Shown here piece after piece: positions 1-12,278 of a stretch of 64,000 nt of DNA. The stretch is from positions 4,774,001-4,838,000 of the forward strand of contig OZ059894.1 in assembly GCA_964057225.1 (NCBI GenBank). Reading direction: 5' to 3'. Both the position numbers and the translations under genes were made by a program. Under the pieces are notes generated by a model. The model saw nothing but the letters and a program-made list of their open reading frames with translations. It made no database searches and was not told where the DNA came from. Positions within the stretch are counted from its first letter, which is position 1. Every line of letters starts with the position of its first letter. Source of the stretch: Auanema rhodensis (Eukaryota; Animalia; Nematoda).

Positions 1-64
1 TTAAGCTGCGTCGATCTGTGTTATCAGATTTGCGCTAGCTTAAAAATGCACCGAGATATCAACT

Positions 65-86
65 GATATAAGTTCACACTTATATC
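65..86. other. Perfect 9-bp inverted repeat with 4-nt loop (example copy)
   Basis: GATATAAGT-TCAC-ACTTATATC. Confidence 0.92.
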
Positions 87-197
87 CTCGATTTTCACCC
101 TGAAGAAATAATTTTTTCGTTGAATAACATTGTCCATCGTCTTTGCCTTGAAAAAAGGAATCTAAAAACATCTACTTTTTGCTAAATTATTTTGAAA

Positions 198-222
198 TTT
201 TTCGAAAAAATTTTTGTCAAAA
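198..222. other. Adjacent palindromes within the A/T-tract cluster (example copy)
   Basis: TTTTTCGAAAAA (198-209) is a perfect 12-bp palindrome, followed by TTTTG-T-CAAAA (212-222). Confidence 0.88.
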
Positions 223-235
223 TTTTTTGGAAGCA

Positions 236-263
236 ATGTTGAGTGTACATGGAAACTCAACAT
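236..263. other. Perfect 9-bp inverted repeat with 10-nt loop (example copy)
   Basis: ATGTTGAGT-GTACATGGAA-ACTCAACAT. Confidence 0.92.
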
Positions 264-346
264 ACACTAATGCATCATTTTTCAAACGATCATAACTAAT
301 TTTTGTATCAAGCGTTTTTCAATGTAGTATAGTGCATTCGATGCGG

Positions 347-397
347 ATTTTTAAGCTGCGTCGATCTGTGTTATCAGATTTGCGCTAGCTTAAAAAT
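347..397. other. Inverted repeat spanning each monomer junction (example copy)
   Basis: ATTTTTAAGCT (347-357) is the exact reverse complement of AGCTTAAAAAT (387-397). Inner GCG/CGC and ATCTG/CAGAT pairs close a TGTTAT loop. Confidence 0.9.
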
Positions 398-2455
398 GCA
401 CCGAGATATCAACTGATATAAGTTCACACTTATATCCTCGATTTTCATCCTGAAGAATTAATTTTTTCGTTGAATAACATTGTCCATCGTCTTTGCCTTG
501 AAAAATCGAATCTAAAAACATCTACTTTTCGCTAAATTATTTTGAAATTTTTCGAAAAAATTTTTGTCAAAATGTTTTTGGAAGCAATGTTGAGTGTACA
601 TGGAAACTCAACATACACTAATGCATCATTTTTCAAACGATCATAACTAATTCTTGTATCAAGCGTTTTTCAATGTAGTATAGTGCATTCGATGCGGATT
701 TTTAAGCTGCGTCGATCTGTGTTATCAGATTTGCGCTAGCTTAAAAATGCACCGAGATATCAACTGATATAAGTTCACACTTATATCCTCGATTTTCACC
801 CTGAAGAAATAATTTTTTCGTTGAATAACATCGTCCATCGTCTTTGCCTTGAAAAAAGGAATCTAAAAACATCTACTTTTCGCTAAATTATTTTGAAATT
901 TTTCGAAAAAATTTTTGTCAAAATGTTTTTGGAAGCAATGTTGAGTGTACATGGAAACTCAACATACACTAATGCATCATTTTTCAAACGATCATAACTA
1001 ATTTTTGTATCAAGCGTTTCTCAATGTAGTATAGTGCATTCGATGCGGATTTTTAAGCTGCGTCGATCTGTGTTATCAGATTTGCGCTAGCTTAAAAATG
1101 CACCGAGATATCAACTGATATAAGTTCACACTTATATCCTCGATTTTCACCCTGAAGAAATAATTTTTTCGTTGAATAACATTGTCTATCGTCTTTGCCT
1201 TGAGAAATGGAATCTAAAAACATCTACTTTTTGCTAAATTATTTTGAAATTTTTCGAAAAAATTTTTGTCAAAATGTTTTTGGAAGCAATGTTGAGTGTA
1301 CATGGAAACTCAACATACACTAATGCATCATTTTTCAAACGATCATAACTAATTCTTGTATCAAGCGTTTTTCAATGTAGTATAGTGCATTCGATGCGGA
1401 TTTTTAAGCTGCGTCGATCTGTGTTATCAGATTTGCGCTAGCTTAAAAATGCACCGAGATATCAACTGATATAAGTTCACACTTATATCCTCGATTTTCA
1501 CCCTGAAGAAATAATTTTTTCGTTGAATAACATCGTCCATCGTCTTTGCCTTGAAAAAAGGAATCTAAAAACATCTACTTTTTGCTAAATTATTTTGAAA
1601 TTTTTCGAAAAAATTTTTGTCAAAATTTTTTGGAAGCAATGTTGAGTGTACATGGAAACTCAACATACACTAATGCATCATTTTTCAAACGATCATAACT
1701 AATTTTTGTATCAAGCGTTTTTCAATGTAGTATAGTGCATTCGATGCGGATTTTTAAGCTGCGTCGATCTGTGTTATCAGATTTGCGCTAGCTTAAAAAT
1801 GCACCGAGATATCAACTGATATAAGTTCACACTTATATCCTCGATTTTCACCCTGAAGAAATAATTTTTTCGTTGAATAACATCGTCCATCGTCTTTGCC
1901 TTGAAAAAAGGAATCTAAAAACATCTACTTTTCGCTAAATTATTTTGAAATTTTTCGAAAAAATTTTTGTCAAAATGTTTTTGGAAGCAATGTTGAGTGT
2001 ACATGGAAACTCAACATACACTAATGCATCATTTTTCAAACGATCATAACTAATTTTTGTATCAAGCGTTTTTCAATGTAGTATAGTGCATTCGATGCGG
2101 ATTTTTAAGCTGCGTCGATCTGTGTTATCAGATTTGCGCTAGCTTAAAAATGCACCGAGATATCAACTGATATAAGTTCACACTTATATCCTCGATTTTC
2201 ACCCTGAAGAAATAATTTTTTCGTTGAATAACATTGTCTATCGTCTTTGCCTTGAGAAATGGAATCTAAAAACATCTACTTTTTGCTAAATTATTTTGAA
2301 ATTTTTCGAAAAAATTTTTGTCAAAATGTTTTTGGAAGCAATGTTGAGTGTACATGGAAACTCAACATACACTAATGCATCATTTTTCAAACGATCATAA
2401 CTAATTCTTGTATCAAGCGTTTTTCAATGTAGTATAGTGCATTCGATGCGGATTT

Positions 2456-5400
2456 TTAAGCTGCGTCGATCTGTGTTATCAGATTTGCGCTAGCTTAAAA
2501 ATGCACCGAGATATCAACTGATATAAGTTCACACTTATATCCTCGATTTTCACCCTGAAGAAATAATTTTTTCGTTGAATAACATTGTCCATCGTCTTTG
2601 CCTTGAAAAAAGGAATCTAAAAACATCTACTTTTTGCTAAATTATTTTGAAATTTTTCGAAAAAATTTTTGTCAAAATTTTTTGGAAGCAATGTTGAGTG
2701 TACATGGAAACTCAACATACACTAATGCATCATTTTTCAAACGATCATAACTAATTTTTGTATCAAGCGTTTTTCAATGTAGTATAGTGCATTCGATGCG
2801 GATTTTTAAGCTGCGTCGATCTGTGTTATCAGATTTGCGCTAGCTTAAAAATGCACCGAGATATCAACTGATATAAGTTCACACTTATATCCTCGATTTT
2901 CATCCTGAAGAATTAATTTTTTCGTTGAATAACATTGTCCATCGTCTTTGCCTTGAAAAATCGAATCTAAAAACATCTACTTTTCGCTAAATTATTTTGA
3001 AATTTTTCGAAAAAATTTTTGTCAAAATGTTTTTGGAAGCAATGTTGAGTGTACATGGAAACTCAACATACACTAATGCATCATTTTTCAAACGATCATA
3101 ACTAATTCTTGTATCAAGCGTTTTTCAATGTAGTATAGTGCATTCGATGCGGATTTTTGAGCTGCGTCGATCTGTGTTATCAGATTTGCGCTAGCTTAAA
3201 AATGCACCGAGATATCAACTGATATAAGTTCACACTTATATCCTCGATTTTCACCCTGAAGAAATAATTTTTTCGTTGAATAACATCGTCCATCGTCTTT
3301 GCCTTGAAAAAAGGAATCTAAAAACATCTACTTTTCGCTAAATTATTTTGAAATTTTTCGAAAAAATTTTTGTCAAAATGTTTTTGGAAGCAATGTTGAG
3401 TGTACATGGAAACTCAACATACACTAATGCATCATTTTTCAAACGATCATAACTAATTTTTGTATCAAGCGTTTTTCAATGTAGTATAGTGCATTCGATG
3501 CGGATTTTTAAGCTGCGTCGATCTGTGTTATCAGATTTGCGCTAGCTTAAAAATGCACCGAGATATCAACTGATATAAGTTCACACTTATATCCTCGATT
3601 TTCATCCTGAAGAATTAATTTTTTCGTTGAATAACATTGTCCATCGTCTTTGCCTTGAAAAATCGAATCTAAAAACATCTACTTTTCGCTAAATTATTTT
3701 GAAATTTTTCGAAAAAATTTTTGTCAAAATGTTTTTGGAAGCAATGTTGAGTGTACATGGAAACTCAACATACACTAATGCATCATTTTTCAAACGATCA
3801 TAACTAATTCTTGTATCAAGCGTTTTTCAATGTAGTATAGTGCATTCGATGCGGATTTTTAAGCTGCGTCGATCTGTGTTATCAGATTTGCGCTAGCTTA
3901 AAAATGCACCGAGATATCAACTGATATAAGTTCACACTTATATCCTCGATTTTCACCCTGAAGAAATAATTTTTTCGTTGAATAACATCGTCCATCGTCT
4001 TTGTCTTGAAAAAAGGAATCTAAAAACATCTACTTTTCGCTAAATTATTCTGAAATTTTTCGAAAAAATTTTTGTCAAAATGTTTTTGGAAGCAATGTTG
4101 AGTGTACATGGAAACTCAACATACACTAATGCATCATTTTTCAAACGATCATAACTAATTTTTGTATCAAGCGTTTCTCAATGTAGTATAGTGCATTCGA
4201 TGCGGATTTTTAAGCTGCGTCGATCTGTGTTATCAGATTTGCGCTAGCTTAAAAATGCACCGAGATATCAACTGATATAAGTTCACACTTATATCCTCGA
4301 TTTTCACCCTGAAGAAATAATTTTTTCGTTGAATAACACTGTCTATCGTCTTTGCCTTGAGAAATGGAATCTAAAAACATCTACTTTTTGCTAAATTATT
4401 TTGAAATTTTTCGAAAAAATTTTTGTCAAAATGTTTTTGGAAGCAATGTTGAGTGTACATGGAAACTCAACATACACTAATGCATCATTTTTCAAACGAT
4501 CATAACTAATTTTTGTATCAAGCGTTTTTCAATGTAGTATAGTGCATTCGATGCGGATTTTTAAGCTGCGTCGATCTGTGTTATCAGATTTGCGCTAGCT
4601 TAAAAATGCACCGAGATATCAACTGATATAAGTTCACACTTATATCCTCGATTTTCACCCTGAAGAAATAATTTTTTCGTTGAATAACATTGTCCATCGT
4701 CTTTGCCTTGAAAAAAGGAATCTAAAAACATCTACTTTTTGCTAAATTATTTTGAAATTTTTCGAAAAAATTTTTGTCAAAATTTTTTGGAAGCAATGTT
4801 GAGTGTACATGGAAACTCAACATACACTAATGCATCATTTTTCAAACGATCATAACTAATTTTTGTATCAAGCGTTTTTCAATGTAGTATAGTGCATTCG
4901 ATGCGGATTTTTAAGCTGCGTCGATCTGTGTTATCAGATTTGCGCTAGCTTAAAAATGCACCGAGATATCAACTGATATAAGTTCACACTTATATCCTCG
5001 ATTTTCATCCTGAAGAATTAATTTTTTCGTTGAATAACATTGTCCATCGTCTTTGCCTTGAAAAATCGAATCTAAAAACATCTACTTTTCGCTAAATTAT
5101 TTTGAAATTTTTCGAAAAAATTTTTGTCAAAATGTTTTTGGAAGCAATGTTGAGTGTACATGGAAACTCAACATACACTAATGCATCATTTTTCAAACGA
5201 TCATAACTAATTCTTGTATCAAGCGTTTTTCAATGTAGTATAGTGCATTCGATGCGGATTTTTGAGCTGCGTCGATCTGTGTTATCAGATTTGCGCTAGC
5301 TTAAAAATGCACCGAGATATCAACTGATATAAGTTCACACTTATATCCTCGATTTTCACCCTGAAGAAATAATTTTTTCGTTGAATAACATCGTCCATCG

Positions 5401-6665
5401 TCTTTGCCTTGAAAAAAGGAATCTAAAAACATCTACTTTTCGCTAAATTATTTTGAAATTTTTCGAAAAAATTTTTGTCAAAATGTTTTTGGAAGCAATG
5501 TTGAGTGTACATGGAAACTCAACATACACTAATGCATCATTTTTCAAACGATCATAACTAATTTTTGTATCAAGCGTTTTTCAATGTAGTATAGTGCATT
5601 CGATGCGGATTTTTAAGCTGCGTCGATCTGTGTTATCAGATTTGCGCTAGCTTAAAAATGCACCGAGATATCAACTGATATAAGTTCACACTTATATCCT
5701 CGATTTTCATCCTGAAGAATTAATTTTTTCGTTGAATAACATTGTCCATCGTCTTTGCCTTGAAAAATCGAATCTAAAAACATCTACTTTTCGCTAAATT
5801 ATTTTGAAATTTTTCGAAAAAATTTTTGTCAAAATGTTTTTGGAAGCAATGTTGAGTGTACATGGAAACTCAACATACACTAATGCATCATTTTTCAAAC
5901 GATCATAACTAATTCTTGTATCAAGCGTTTTTCAATGTAGTATAGTGCATTCGATGCGGATTTTTAAGCTGCGTCGATCTGTGTTATCAGATTTGCGCTA
6001 GCTTAAAAATGCACCGAGATATCAACTGATATAAGTTCACACTTATATCCTCGATTTTCACCCTGAAGAAATAATTTTTTCGTTGAATAACATCGTCCAT
6101 CGTCTTTGTCTTGAAAAAAGGAATCTAAAAACATCTACTTTTCGCTAAATTATTCTGAAATTTTTCGAAAAAATTTTTGTCAAAATGTTTTTGGAAGCAA
6201 TGTTGAGTGTACATGGAAACTCAACATACACTAATGCATCATTTTTCAAACGATCATAACTAATTTTTGTATCAAGCGTTTCTCAATGTAGTATAGTGCA
6301 TTCGATGCGGATTTTTAAGCTGCGTCGATCTGTGTTATCAGATTTGCGCTAGCTTAAAAATGCACCGAGATATCAACTGATATAAGTTCACACTTATATC
6401 CTCGATTTTCACCCTGAAGAAATAATTTTTTCGTTGAATAACACTGTCTATCGTCTTTGCCTTGAGAAATGGAATCTAAAAACATCTACTTTTTGCTAAA
6501 TTATTTTGAAATTTTTCGAAAAAATTTTTGTCAAAATGTTTTTGGAAGCAATGTTGAGTGTACATGGAAACTCAACATACACTAATGCATCATTTTTCAA
6601 ACGATCATAACTAATTTTTGTATCAAGCGTTTTTCAATGTAGTATAGTGCATTCGATGCGGATTT
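2456..6665. repeat. Tandem duplication of a 6-monomer block (2,105-bp period); third copy at 14735-16839
   Basis: Order A,B,C(TTGAGC),B,C'(TTGTCTTG, ATTCTGA),D' at 2456-4560, 4561-6665 and 14735-16839. Confidence 0.88.
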
Positions 6666-9600
6666 TTAAGCTGCGTCGATCTGTGTTATCAGATTTGCGC
6701 TAGCTTAAAAATGCACCGAGATATCAACTGATATAAGTTCACACTTATATCCTCGATTTTCATCCTGAAGAATTAATTTTTTTGTTGAATAACATTGTCC
6801 ATCGTCTTTGCCTTGAAAAATCGAATCTAAAAACATCTACTTTTCGCTAAATTATTTTGAAATTTTTCGAAAAAATTTTTGTCAAAATGTTTTTGGAAGC
6901 AATGTTGAGTGTACATGGAAACTCAACATACACTAATGCATCATTTTTCAAACGATCATAACTAATTTTTGTATCAAGCGTTTTTCAATGTAGTATAGTG
7001 CATTCGATGCGGATTTTTAAGCTGCGTCGATCTGTGTTATCAGATTTGCGCTAGCTTAAAAATGCACCGAGATATCAACTGATATAAGTTCACACTTATA
7101 TCCTCGATTTTCATCCTGAAGAATTAATTTTTTTGTTGAATAACATTGTCCATCGTCTTTGCCTTGAAAAATCGAATCTAAAAACATCTACTTTTCGCTA
7201 AATTATTTTGAAATTTTTCGAAAAAATTTTTGTCAAAATGTTTTTGGAAGCAATGTTGAGTGTACATGGAAACTCAACATACACTAATGCATCATTTTTC
7301 AAACGATCATAACTAATTTTTGTATCAAGCGTTTCTCAATGTAGTATAGTGCATTCGATGCGGATTTTTAAGCTGCGTCGATCTGTGTTATCAGATTTGC
7401 GCTAGCTTAAAAATGCACCGAGATATCAACTGATATAAGTTCACACTTATATCCTCGATTTTCACCCTGAAGAAATAATTTTTTCGTTGAATAACACTGT
7501 CTATCGTCTTTGCCTTGAGAAATGGAATCTAAAAACATCTACTTTTTGCTAAATTATTTTGAAATTTTTCGAAAAAATTTTTGTCAAAATGTTTTTGGAA
7601 GCAATGTTGAGTGTACATGGAAACTCAACATACACTAATGCATCATTTTTCAAACGATCATAACTAATTTTTGTATCAAGCGTTTCTCAATGTAGTATAG
7701 TGCATTCGATGCGGATTTTTAAGCTGCGTCGATCTGTGTTATCAGATTTGCGCTAGCTTAAAAATGCACCGAGATATCAACTGATATAAGTTCACACTTA
7801 TATCCTCGATTTTCACCCTGAAGAAATAATTTTTTCGTTGAATAACATTGTCCATCGTCTTTGCCTTGAAAAAAGGAATCTAAAAACATCTACTTTTTGC
7901 TAAATTATTTTGAAATTTTTCGAAAAAATTTTTGTCAAAATTTTTTGGAAGCAATGTTGAGTGTACATGGAAACTCAACATACACTAATGCATCATTTTT
8001 CAAACGATCATAACTAATTTTTGTATCAAGCGTTTTTCAATGTAGTATAGTGCATTCGATGCGGATTTTTAAGCTGCGTCGATCTGTGTTATCAGATTTG
8101 CGCTAGCTTAAAAATGCACCGAGATATCAACTGATATAAGTTCACACTTATATCCTCGATTTTCATCCTGAAGAATTAATTTTTTCGTTGAATAACATTG
8201 TCCATCGTCTTTGCCTTGAAAAATCGAATCTAAAAACATCTACTTTTCGCTAAATTATTTTGAAATTTTTCGAAAAAATTTTTGTCAAAATGTTTTTGGA
8301 AGCAATGTTGAGTGTACATGGAAACTCAACATACACTAATGCATCATTTTTCAAACGATCATAACTAATTTTTGTATCAAGCGTTTTTCAATGTAGTATA
8401 GTGCATTCGATGCGGATTTTTAAGCTGCGTCGATCTGTGTTATCAGATTTGCGCTAGCTTAAAAATGCACCGAGATATCAACTGATATAAGTTCACACTT
8501 ATATCCTCGATTTTCACCCTGAAGAAATAATTTTTTCGTTGAATAACATCGTCCATCGTCTTTGTCTTGAAAAAAGGAATCTAAAAACATCTACTTTTCG
8601 CTAAATTATTCTGAAATTTTTCGAAAAAATTTTTGTCAAAATGTTTTTGGAAGCAATGTTGAGTGTACATGGAAACTCAACATACACTAATGCATCATTT
8701 TTCAAACGATCATAACTAATTTTTGTATCAAGCGTTTCTCAATGTAGTATAGTGCATTCGATGCGGATTTTTAAGCTGCGTCGATCTGTGTTATCAGATT
8801 TGCGCTAGCTTAAAAATGCACCGAGATATCAACTGATATAAGTTCACACTTATATCCTCGATTTTCACCCTGAAGAAATAATTTTTTCGTTGAATAACAC
8901 TGTCTATCGTCTTTGCCTTGAGAAATGGAATCTAAAAACATCTACTTTTTGCTAAATTATTTTGAAATTTTTCGAAAAAATTTTTGTCAAAATGTTTTTG
9001 GAAGCAATGTTGAGTGTACATGGAAACTCAACATACACTAATGCATCATTTTTCAAACGATCATAACTAATTTTTGTATCAAGCGTTTTTCAATGTAGTA
9101 TAGTGCATTCGATGCGGATTTTTAAGCTGCGTCGATCTGTGTTATCAGATTTGCGCTAGCTTAAAAATGCACCGAGATATCAACTGATATAAGTTCACAC
9201 TTATATCCTCGATTTTCATCCTGAAGAATTAATTTTTTTGTTGAATAACATTGTCCATCGTCTTTGCCTTGAAAAATCGAATCTAAAAACATCTACTTTT
9301 CGCTAAATTATTTTGAAATTTTTCGAAAAAATTTTTGTCAAAATGTTTTTGGAAGCAATGTTGAGTGTACATGGAAACTCAACATACACTAATGCATCAT
9401 TTTTCAAACGATCATAACTAATTTTTGTATCAAGCGTTTTTCAATGTAGTATAGTGCATTCGATGCGGATTTTTAAGCTGCGTCGATCTGTGTTATCAGA
9501 TTTGCGCTAGCTTAAAAATGCACCGAGATATCAACTGATATAAGTTCACACTTATATCCTCGATTTTCATCCTGAAGAATTAATTTTTTTGTTGAATAAC

Positions 9601-11927
9601 ATTGTCCATCGTCTTTGCCTTGAAAAATCGAATCTAAAAACATCTACTTTTCGCTAAATTATTTTGAAATTTTTCGAAAAAATTTTTGTCAAAATGTTTT
9701 TGGAAGCAATGTTGAGTGTACATGGAAACTCAACATACACTAATGCATCATTTTTCAAACGATCATAACTAATTTTTGTATCAAGCGTTTCTCAATGTAG
9801 TATAGTGCATTCGATGCGGATTTTTAAGCTGCGTCGATCTGTGTTATCAGATTTGCGCTAGCTTAAAAATGCACCGAGATATCAACTGATATAAGTTCAC
9901 ACTTATATCCTCGATTTTCACCCTGAAGAAATAATTTTTTCGTTGAATAACACTGTCTATCGTCTTTGCCTTGAGAAATGGAATCTAAAAACATCTACTT
10001 TTTGCTAAATTATTTTGAAATTTTTCGAAAAAATTTTTGTCAAAATGTTTTTGGAAGCAATGTTGAGTGTACATGGAAACTCAACATACACTAATGCATC
10101 ATTTTTCAAACGATCATAACTAATTTTTGTATCAAGCGTTTCTCAATGTAGTATAGTGCATTCGATGCGGATTTTTAAGCTGCGTCGATCTGTGTTATCA
10201 GATTTGCGCTAGCTTAAAAATGCACCGAGATATCAACTGATATAAGTTCACACTTATATCCTCGATTTTCACCCTGAAGAAATAATTTTTTCGTTGAATA
10301 ACATTGTCCATCGTCTTTGCCTTGAAAAAAGGAATCTAAAAACATCTACTTTTTGCTAAATTATTTTGAAATTTTTCGAAAAAATTTTTGTCAAAATTTT
10401 TTGGAAGCAATGTTGAGTGTACATGGAAACTCAACATACACTAATGCATCATTTTTCAAACGATCATAACTAATTTTTGTATCAAGCGTTTCTTAATGTA
10501 GTATAGTGCATTCGATGCGGATTTTTAAGCTGCGTCGATCTGTGTTATCAGATTTGCGCTAGCTTAAAAATGCACCGAGATATCAACTGATATAAGTTCA
10601 CACTTATATCCTCGATTTTCATCCTGAAGAATTAATTTTTTTGTTGAATAACATTGTCCATCGTCTTTGCCTTGAAAAATCGAATCTAAAAACATCTACT
10701 TTTCGCTAAATTATTTTGAAATTTTTCGAAAAAATTTTTGTCAAAATGTTTTTGGAAGCAATGTTGAGTGTACATGGAAACTCAACATACACTAATGCAT
10801 CATTTTTCAAACGATCATAACTAATTTTTGTATCAAGCGTTTTTCAATGTAGTATAGTGCATTCGATGCGGATTTTTAAGCTGCGTCGATCTGTGTTATC
10901 AGATTTGCGCTAGCTTAAAAATGCACCGAGATATCAACTGATATAAGTTCACACTTATATCCTCGATTTTCATCCTGAAGAATTAATTTTTTTGTTGAAT
11001 AACATTGTCCATCGTCTTTGCCTTGAAAAATCGAATCTAAAAACATCTACTTTTCGCTAAATTATTTTGAAATTTTTCGAAAAAATTTTTGTCAAAATGT
11101 TTTTGGAAGCAATGTTGAGTGTACATGGAAACTCAACATACACTAATGCATCATTTTTCAAACGATCATAACTAATTTTTGTATCAAGCGTTTCTCAATG
11201 TAGTATAGTGCATTCGATGCGGATTTTTAAGCTGCGTCGATCTGTGTTATCAGATTTGCGCTAGCTTAAAAATGCACCGAGATATCAACTGATATAAGTT
11301 CACACTTATATCCTCGATTTTCACCCTGAAGAAATAATTTTTTCGTTGAATAACACTGTCTATCGTCTTTGCCTTGAGAAATGGAATCTAAAAACATCTA
11401 CTTTTTGCTAAATTATTTTGAAATTTTTCGAAAAAATTTTTGTCAAAATGTTTTTGGAAGCAATGTTGAGTGTACATGGAAACTCAACATACACTAATGC
11501 ATCATTTTTCAAACGATCATAACTAATTTTTGTATCAAGCGTTTCTCAATGTAGTATAGTGCATTCGATGCGGATTTTTAAGCTGCGTCGATCTGTGTTA
11601 TCAGATTTGCGCTAGCTTAAAAATGCACCGAGATATCAACTGATATAAGTTCACACTTATATCCTCGATTTTCACCCTGAAGAAATAATTTTTTCGTTGA
11701 ATAACATTGTCCATCGTCTTTGCCTTGAAAAAAGGAATCTAAAAACATCTACTTTTTGCTAAATTATTTTGAAATTTTTCGAAAAAATTTTTGTCAAAAT
11801 TTTTTGGAAGCAATGTTGAGTGTACATGGAAACTCAACATACACTAATGCATCATTTTTCAAACGATCATAACTAATTTTTGTATCAAGCGTTTTTCAAT
11901 GTAGTATAGTGCATTCGATGCGGATTT
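5964..11927. repeat. 7-monomer block repeat (2,456-bp period) followed by a 4-monomer repeat (1,403-bp period)
   Basis: C',D',B',B',D',A starts at 5964 and 8420. B',B',D',A starts at 9122 and 10525 (B' = TTTTTTTGTTG variant). Confidence 0.82.
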
Positions 11928-12278
11928 TTAAGCTGCGTCGATCTGTGTTATCAGATTTGCGCTAGCTTAAAAATGCACCGAGATATCAACTGATATAAGT
12001 TCACACTTATATCCTCGATTTTCATCCTGAAGAATTAATTTTTTCGTTGAATAACATTGTCCATCGTCTTTGCCTTGAAAAATCGAATCTAAAAACATCT
12101 ACTTTTCGCTAAATTATTTTGAAATTTTTCGAAAAAATTTTTGTCAAAATGTTTTTGGAAGCAATGTTGAGTGTACATGGAAACTCAACATACACTAATG
12201 CATCATTTTTCAAACGATCATAACTAATTTTTGTATCAAGCGTTTTTCAATGTAGTATAGTGCATTCGATGCGGATTT

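Noticed and set aside
65-117. Rho-independent terminator or promoter calls from hairpins and T-tracts
   Set aside because: The stems are AT-rich, there is no upstream gene, and the context is a satellite array, so a functional call is unsupported.
115-131. CENP-B box-like motif TTTCGTTGAATAACATT
   Set aside because: It matches TTCG and the central A of NTTCGNNNNANNCGGGN but lacks CGGG (5 of 9 key bases), and the CpG is lost in the B' monomers.
91-304. Ancient ~175-bp dimer substructure (TTTTCA...TAATTTTT at 92-116 and about 279-304)
   Set aside because: The similarity is limited to short A/T-rich words at an offset near 187 bp and does not extend. It cannot be told apart from chance by eye.
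1-351. Tandem 5S rRNA, tRNA, snRNA or spliced-leader gene unit
   Set aside because: The unit size is compatible, but I recognise no such sequence, cloverleaf or Pol III A/B/C boxes. An Infernal/Rfam scan would settle it.
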